Shown here in pieces: positions 57,130 to 64,000 of a stretch of DNA of 64,000 nucleotides; the first letter of the stretch is position 1; each line of letters starts with the position of its first letter. A program made the translations under genes and the position numbers. The notes under the pieces are model-generated. The model was not told the DNA's origin and searched no databases. It was given only the letters and a program-made list of their open reading frames with translations. The stretch lies in the NCBI GenBank assembly GCA_951406725.2, contig OX597830.1:72354001-72418000 (forward strand), in the 5' to 3' direction. Source of the stretch: Octopus vulgaris. Taxonomy: Eukaryota.

Positions 57130-57684
57130 GCCCTGATGCAGTACCAAGCAGTGGCTCTCATGGCTTCTGATCTTAACTGATTGGAAGTATTATCATGTAC
57201 ATTGTTCTGTCTTGGTATAAAAGATGGGCTACAGCAAATATTCTGCTCAATACCATAGATTTGCTTGTCAGTTGTTTGACCTTAACCAGTTGAGCATGTC
57301 CCTTAGTGGCTGACGATATGTGCATCTCTGATCACGAGCAGAAGTAGTGGGGGAGCATCATAGCCATATGTTGAGAGGGATTCTTTGGGGTTTGAATAAT
57401 TCACCTCTGGAAACATGGGTGGTTCTTTCAACATCCTTAAACAACCCTTATTCAGGGACCTTTTGAGCGGGATGGGCTACTCAACCTGAAGAAAATTCTA
57501 ACTGGGCCCCACCTGCAAGGTCATGTGCTGTTTATCTTGATATGAGATCACCATGTCGCGCACATATGGTTGTGATGCATGTGCCTGGTGTACCCTTATC
57601 AGACGGGTAGTCATGATGGGTATATTGGGCTTCGTATATTTTACCCCAGTGTCACTTTGATGGCATGAACAACTCTCTCACTCA
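57128..57684. mobile_element. Unclassified ~560-bp higher-GC insert flanked by (TAA)n
   Basis: Sharp boundaries in AAT tracts on both sides; no ORF recognised. Confidence 0.4.
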
Positions 57685-57704
57685 ATAATAATAATAATAA
57701 TAAT

Positions 57705-57903
57705 GATTTCAAACTTTTGCAACAAAGGAAGTTTTTGGGAGGGGGATTAAGTCGATTGAACAGACCCCAACAGTATTTGTTTAATCGACCCTGAAAGGAT
57801 GAAAGTCAAATTCGACCTGGGCGGAATTTGAACTCGGGACATAGTGATGGGCAAAATAACATTAAGCACTTTGTCCACCGTGCTAATGATTGTGCCAGCT
57901 CGC
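57705..57903 (-). mobile_element. SINE family B-related copy in (AAT)n
   Basis: Family B motifs. Confidence 0.75.
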
Positions 57904-57969
<66 letters not shown>

Positions 57970-58060
57970 CAACGACAACAGCAATGTAGCAACAACAGAA
58001 AAAGAAGAAGAAGAAGAAGAAGAAGAAGAAGAAGAAGAAGAAGAAGAAGAAGAAGAAGAA

Positions 58061-58092
<32 letters not shown>

Positions 58093-58125
58093 AGAAGAAG
58101 ATTAACAACAACAACATCAACAAAA
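57904..58125 (+). repeat. (AAT)n-(AAC)n-(AAG)n compound microsatellite
   Basis: Seen directly. Confidence 0.95.
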
Positions 58126-58490
58126 ACAAAAATAACGAAGGCGATGAGTAGAAAATCGACGAGAAACGTTTTAACTATACGAACAAAACTAATGAAAATA
58201 CGAGCATAAATGGTTTTAGATTGATATGGTCTCAAATGGAAATACAATTTGGATCAAGATGTGGTTTGAAAGAAAGCCTTCTGAAAACGAGATCCACTGA
58301 CAATTTAGAGTTTTGCGAACGGACAAGTAGTGATTCAAGAATTCTTCTTAAATGTCTTTTAGTATCAGCGAAACACAACTGAACGAAGAGTTTCTTATCA
58401 TTTCAGACCGCCTCCACTACTTAAAACTTAACCACCTCCTATCATCTGAAATGGGTGGAGTAGAGACGTGATGGAGAAAGAAAGGCAGAA

Positions 58491-58531
<41 letters not shown>

Positions 58532-58694
58532 AGGGGAGAGGAGTGGGTGACTGAAGGTTTAAACTACGGAAACGAATAACAGGGAAAAGAGAGAAAAATA
58601 GATAAGAATAAAGCTGAACATTAAAATGTAATAAAAAGCAGTATAACTATATATGTACGCATACCGACACACACACACGCACACATACACACAC

Positions 58695-58725
<31 letters not shown>

Positions 58726-58796
58726 AACACACTCACACAAACACAGACATAAACAGGAAGGCAAATTCGTGTATGTGTATTTAAGTGTTTATATCA

Positions 58797-58850
<54 letters not shown>

Positions 58851-58853
58851 GTA

Positions 58854-58908
<55 letters not shown>

Positions 58909-58913
58909 TTATA

Positions 58914-58971
<58 letters not shown>

Positions 58972-59050
58972 CGTCTGTATATTTATACTTTCATCTATAT
59001 ATGTATATATATATACACACGCACACACATATACGTCTGTATATTTTTTA

Positions 59051-59092
<42 letters not shown>

Positions 59093-59933
59093 CATATATC
59101 ATATATATATACATACTTATATATGTATATCTGTGTGTGTATGTGCGTATGTGTGCTTGTACATACATACATATATACATACGCACACAAACACAAACAT
59201 ATATAAGCAGACACGCACACACTTATACAACGAATCATTGAGGACACTTGTTTCAAAATATATTCTCTATTCCATTTATATTTATTTGCGTGTGCGTGTA
59301 TGTGTGTCTACATACATACATACATACATACATACATACATACATACATACATACATACATGCATACGTACGTACGTACATACATACATACATACATATA
59401 TGCGTACATACTTACACACATACATACTTACATATGTGTGTGTGTTTGTGTGTGTGTGTAAGTACGTCTGTGTGAATGAATTCATACGTACATATCTCAT
59501 TGGTGTAATTTACATCAGAGCTACTTTGCCCGACATAGGAACTGCAGGAGGTATGGCAAACTCTATAAAACTCATGAGTATCTCCCGCAGGTTCATCATA
59601 AGCGGGAAGCTTCGCCAGCTTATATTTTACCACTTTATTCCTTTCGCAAAATATTCAACGAGTAATTACGAGCTGAAATAAAAGGCATATTTGGGAGGGT
59701 CATTTAGCGAATACGAAATACAAGCATTGGCTTCATTTCACTTAGTTTTATGATTATATGTGTGGTTTATTCCCAAGTAAGTATTCAATTAATAGAGCGC
59801 TTGAGACAATACTCACATCTGCTGCGCTCGCGTTCCCCCTCAGGACGATTTAGTTTCTGAAGCTCTGACGTAAGTTGTTTTCTAACACATTACTACTGTA
59901 AATGACGTTTGCAGCTGCTGAATTTTCAGCGAT

Positions 59934-60235
59934 GTGGAGGCTCATGGCCTAGTGGTTAGAGCAACAGACCCGTGGTCGAGGGATCGTGGGTTCCAATCTC
60001 AGACCGGGCGATGTGTGTGTTTATGAGCGAAGCACCTAAGTTCCACGCGGCTCCAGCAGATATTAATGGCGAACTTCTGCTGACTCTTTTGCCACAACTT
60101 TCACTCTTCCCTCCTGCATCTAGCAGTGCATCGGCGACAGACCGGCGTCCCGTCCAGGTGGGGAACCTTTACGCGAATGAAACCGGAAAACCGGCCCTTA
60201 TGTGCCAGGCATGGATCGAGAAAGGCACAAACAAC
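59934..60235 (+). mobile_element. SINE family C-type head with V-domain-like tail
   Basis: Colinear with 38708-39003. Confidence 0.8.
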
Positions 60236-60594
60236 AGCATGTCAACGATATACATGCAATATGTATGTCATATAGATAAAGGCTTTTGATTACGCTAACA
60301 CACGCACAGGTTCAATCCCACTTCTTTATTATTAGTCAGATGGTTAAATATCTAACGAATTAACTAATCCTTCGATTGTTTGTCCATCAATGTTCTTTCG
60401 TTGATGTTCGCAACCTTTTCAGTGACACGTAACTCCCTGCACGCCTCAATCCCTGCTTTCGTCTTGAGACGGCAAAGGTTGCAGACAACGAGGAAAGATC
60501 TTTGATAGACAAACAACTAATTGATTGTTTCACTAACACCTTAAACAAACAACTGATAAGTTAGTTGGTTAAATATTTAACCAATTGACAAATA

Positions 60595-60801
60595 ATGATT
60601 TCAAATTTTCGCACAAGGCCAGCAAGCTCAGGGTAGCAGTAAGCCGATTACATCGACCTCAGTATTCAACTGGTGCTTATTTTATCGACCTCAAATGTGA
60701 TGAAAGGTAAAGTCAACCTCGGCAACGTTTGAACACAAAACGTAAAAACGGACGAAATAGCACAAATTATATTGCCCAGCGTGCTAACGACTCTGTCAGC
60801 T
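60595..60801 (-). mobile_element. SINE family B-related diverged copy
   Basis: Family B motifs. Confidence 0.7.
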
Positions 60802-61263
60802 CAAATAAAGAAATCATTGTTATTAGCGTAACGAGTCTTGAAAGACAACAGAATGTGCTTCAACCTACGATATTACAGCAAGAATCTTGCAAACCAAACA
60901 CACACCAAAAAAAAAAAAGTCCTTTTTTAAATTCATTATTTATATATTTCAAGAGGATTGTATTCCAGAACTGAAGGCAAGTACCCAGGTCACCGGTCAA
61001 GCAAGAATTGTAAGGCTGAAAGAAGAAATGAGATGTTCACGTTATACCGAAAGGAAGAAGGGTTAAATATAGAAAACCGGTTGAGAAGGGCAGAGGAAAA
61101 GGCCGAAGTAGAATGGAAGCAAGGTAAACGGAGAAAGGAATACATAAAGAAAGAAAGAAATGCAGAAGAAGATAGAACAGATAGAAGAGAGAAAGAAAAG
61201 GAATAAAGGAGAGCTCCATAGAATAAGGGAGGAGGTGGGAAAATAGTAGAGAGAGAGGGATAG

Positions 61264-61436
61264 TCATCATCATCATCATTGTTCGACCGTGGTCGAGACA
61301 ATGGAATTTACTATGTTACGCCAGACTTCACGGTCCATCATAGCATTACGGAGGTCCTGCTGCTGGATGCCTGTATCCCTGGAGATTACATCAGGGTAGG
61401 AGAGTGTGCTCCCTCTGGTATTGCGAGTAGATGGCG
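61264..61436 (-). mobile_element. LINE (RTE-like) 3' end with (TGA)n tail
   Basis: Minus strand RGSTLSYPDVISRDTGIQQQDLRNAMMDREVWRNIV followed by TGA repeats. Confidence 0.7.
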
Positions 61437-61913
61437 AGTAGAGGGATAGTAGAAGTGATGGGTTTTAACAGTAAAGTAACTAGTTTACTGTAGCCGACAA
61501 TGGGTTTGTTACTCTGGAACTTACGCAGCAATTCAGCTATGAACAAACTTAAAATCACTATATATCCAAACCTGCAAACAACGCATGTATGTATGTATGT
61601 ACGTATATATAAGTTTGTTGCACACACGCATTTTTTGCTAGTACATACGCAGTGAAGCTATACATTAGCGTCGTATTTATTACGTTCGTTATTTTCCAGT
61701 AAATATCGGTACTTCGTTGTGCCATATATTTACTTCTATGTATATATATATATATGTATATATATATAAATATATATACGTACATACATACATACATACA
61801 TACATACATACATACATACATACATACATACATACATACACACATGTGTTGTTTGTAAGTTTGGATATATAGCGATTTTAAGTTTGTTCATAGCTGAATG
61901 ACTGCGTAAGTTT

Positions 61914-62104
<191 letters not shown>

Positions 62105-62131
62105 AAAAAAAAAAAAAAGCACATATATGGT

Positions 62132-62287
62132 AGGCGTGGCTGTGTGGTAAGAAGATTGATGCCCAACCACATGGTTCGGAGTTCAGTCCCACTGCATAGC
62201 TCCTTGGCTGAGTATCTTTGACCATAACCACGCGCTGACCAAACGTTTTTGCGTGGATTTCGTAGACTGAAACTGAAAGAAACACGT
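62132..62287 (+). mobile_element. SINE family A 5' half
   Basis: A and B boxes plus family A body. Confidence 0.8.
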
Positions 62288-63000
62288 GGGTTAAAAAGTG
62301 AGGAGGCATCACATGTTCTTCATTGGAAACAAGACCCAAAACTACGACACTTGCAGCAAATTTGTGTGGATTACTCTTGGAACCTGAGAAGGGTCTGCAC
62401 ATATCCACTTGTCATTTATTCTGTTAGTTTTTTGGTGCTGATCAAAGTTTTTCCTCATCTGAGAAAAACCAAATCACATCATCTTCTGATGGATTTTAAA
62501 GTTTGTTCAAAAGTCTTTCTGGAGCTGATTAAACGGTTTCCTTTTGACCTTTTTTTTTTTTTTTTTCTGACATGAATTGACCTCTCCTCATCACGTAAGA
62601 TTTGTATCTGATGTCTAGTTCCAATTGACCTCATTGATTTTCCGGGATTGTGTTCCATGTTTTGTTTAACTGCCTGAATAAATTCAAGTGTCCTGATAGA
62701 ATCAGAGCGTTTGGAATGCTTTTTTTTTTTCATGTTTTGATATAGGTAATGCGCTTCCATCTTCTTTCTCTAAGTCACATGGAATCTTGTGGACAAAAGA
62801 TCTCGCAACTTTCAGAAAACGAGAATTTTCTAAATCATCATGTTTTGCCTTCAAAGCCACAATCATGCCTTTTAGTTGAATTAGTAAGCATAAGGCCTGT
62901 CATTGTTATTTTCTGAAATAGAAGTTCAAAAAAAAAAAAAAAAGAAAGAATAGTAAGAAAAAAAATGACTAAAAATGCATGAGTCCTCAAATACCGTCTG
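62288..63000 (-). pseudogene. maT/Tc1-like transposase 5' relic
   Basis: KKHSKRSDSIRTLEFIQAVKQ..NPGKSMRSI; FFSDE; [24 protein letters not shown]; frameshifted. Confidence 0.8.
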
Positions 63001-63016
63001 CATCTTCTGTGTGTGT

Positions 63017-63075
<59 letters not shown>

Positions 63076-63190
63076 CATACATATGCACACAGATATAGAC
63101 ACACATACACACACACACACAAGAACAAACACGTTTAAACACAAAAATTAGAACACGAGAAAAACGATGGGTATGACATGAACTTCATTA

Positions 63191-63269
63191 TCTTACAGTC
63201 GTTTCTGCTATAAGAGGCAGAGGGCGTATAGTTCAGTGCCTGAATAATATCCTATAGCGTCACCAGAGC
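63191..63269 (-). ncRNA. Decayed hammerhead motif with long stem II
   Basis: Minus strand TCT-CTGGTGA-CGCTATAGGA...TCTTATAGCA-GAAA-CGACTG-TA-AGA; core A6G substitution. Confidence 0.45.
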
Positions 63270-63433
63270 CCAGTACAAGTTCTCCACAAGGTTATTAGTT
63301 TTGCAATGCCAAGCTATATATATTTATATATATATACATATATATATATATATAGTATTCAGCTCACTGCGGACACCATGTAGGCAGTCATCAAAAAGTT
63401 TTTGTTCGTCTTGAGGCTGATAGAGGTTCCTTG

Positions 63434-63524
63434 TCTTTCCTGATGAGAAGACGGCATAATGCACCCTTTATTACTTCGGAATTAAGAGTATGCAGTCTTC
63501 GAAACTTGTGTTGAGAGTAAAGGA
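63434..63524 (+). ncRNA. Type I hammerhead ribozyme candidate with intact core
   Basis: CTGATGA-GAAGAC.GCATA...TATGC.GTCTTC-GAAA-CTT..GAG-TA: 11-bp stem II, ACTT/GAGT stem III, GUA site, weak stem I TCTTT/AAGGA. Confidence 0.7.
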
Positions 63525-63723
63525 ATTTTGTTAAAATCTTCGTTCGACTCCATTCTTTCATTTATTCATATATAAAATCCACATAAATTTCCACACAAGA
63601 ACACGGGTTTTGCCCTCATGGCATTAGCTTCAACTTTTTCTTACGTGAATTTGCAACCCAATCGATGATGATTTAGGAAAATTCACCTACGTTTTCTGAT
63701 ATATATATATAGATCTATATATA

Positions 63724-63781
<58 letters not shown>

Positions 63782-64000
63782 TGTATGTATGTATGTTTCT
63801 ATGTATGTATGTATATATGTATGTATATATGTATGTATTATCCACACAAATCTTTCTGAAGGGAGTATACTACAGGAACTCCATACATAGAGTACTGTTT
63901 TAAAGTCATTTTAGCCAACAACGTCACTCCATTTTATACACTGAGTATAACAAATTCACACTATCTATCCATCGATCAATCTATCTATCTATCTATCTAT

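Overview
This is AT-rich, gene-poor eukaryotic DNA with very dense microsatellites ((TA)n, (CA)n, (TATG)n, (GATA)n, (AAT)n). The repeat repertoire suggests a cephalopod, probably Octopus (inference). I found no intact protein-coding gene, and almost all listed ORFs are microsatellite translations. The window contains: a ~1.3 kb degenerate interstitial (TTAGGG)n array; at least four tRNA-headed SINE families (my labels A-D, more than 40 copies or fragments); a full-length dead mariner; three maT/Tc1-type transposase relics; two non-autonomous Helitrons; RTE and R4/Dong LINE fragments; and Penelope-like element (PLE) reverse transcriptase relics. The most notable unexplained structure is a set of about ten minimal hammerhead-ribozyme (HHR) motifs in short PLE-type repeats. 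One sits in a tRNA-headed, SINE-like element (9742-10198). Another is fused directly to the G-strand end of the telomeric array. Several fold-back palindromes are centred on or next to such motifs. Family assignments rest on motif recognition by eye, with no database search.
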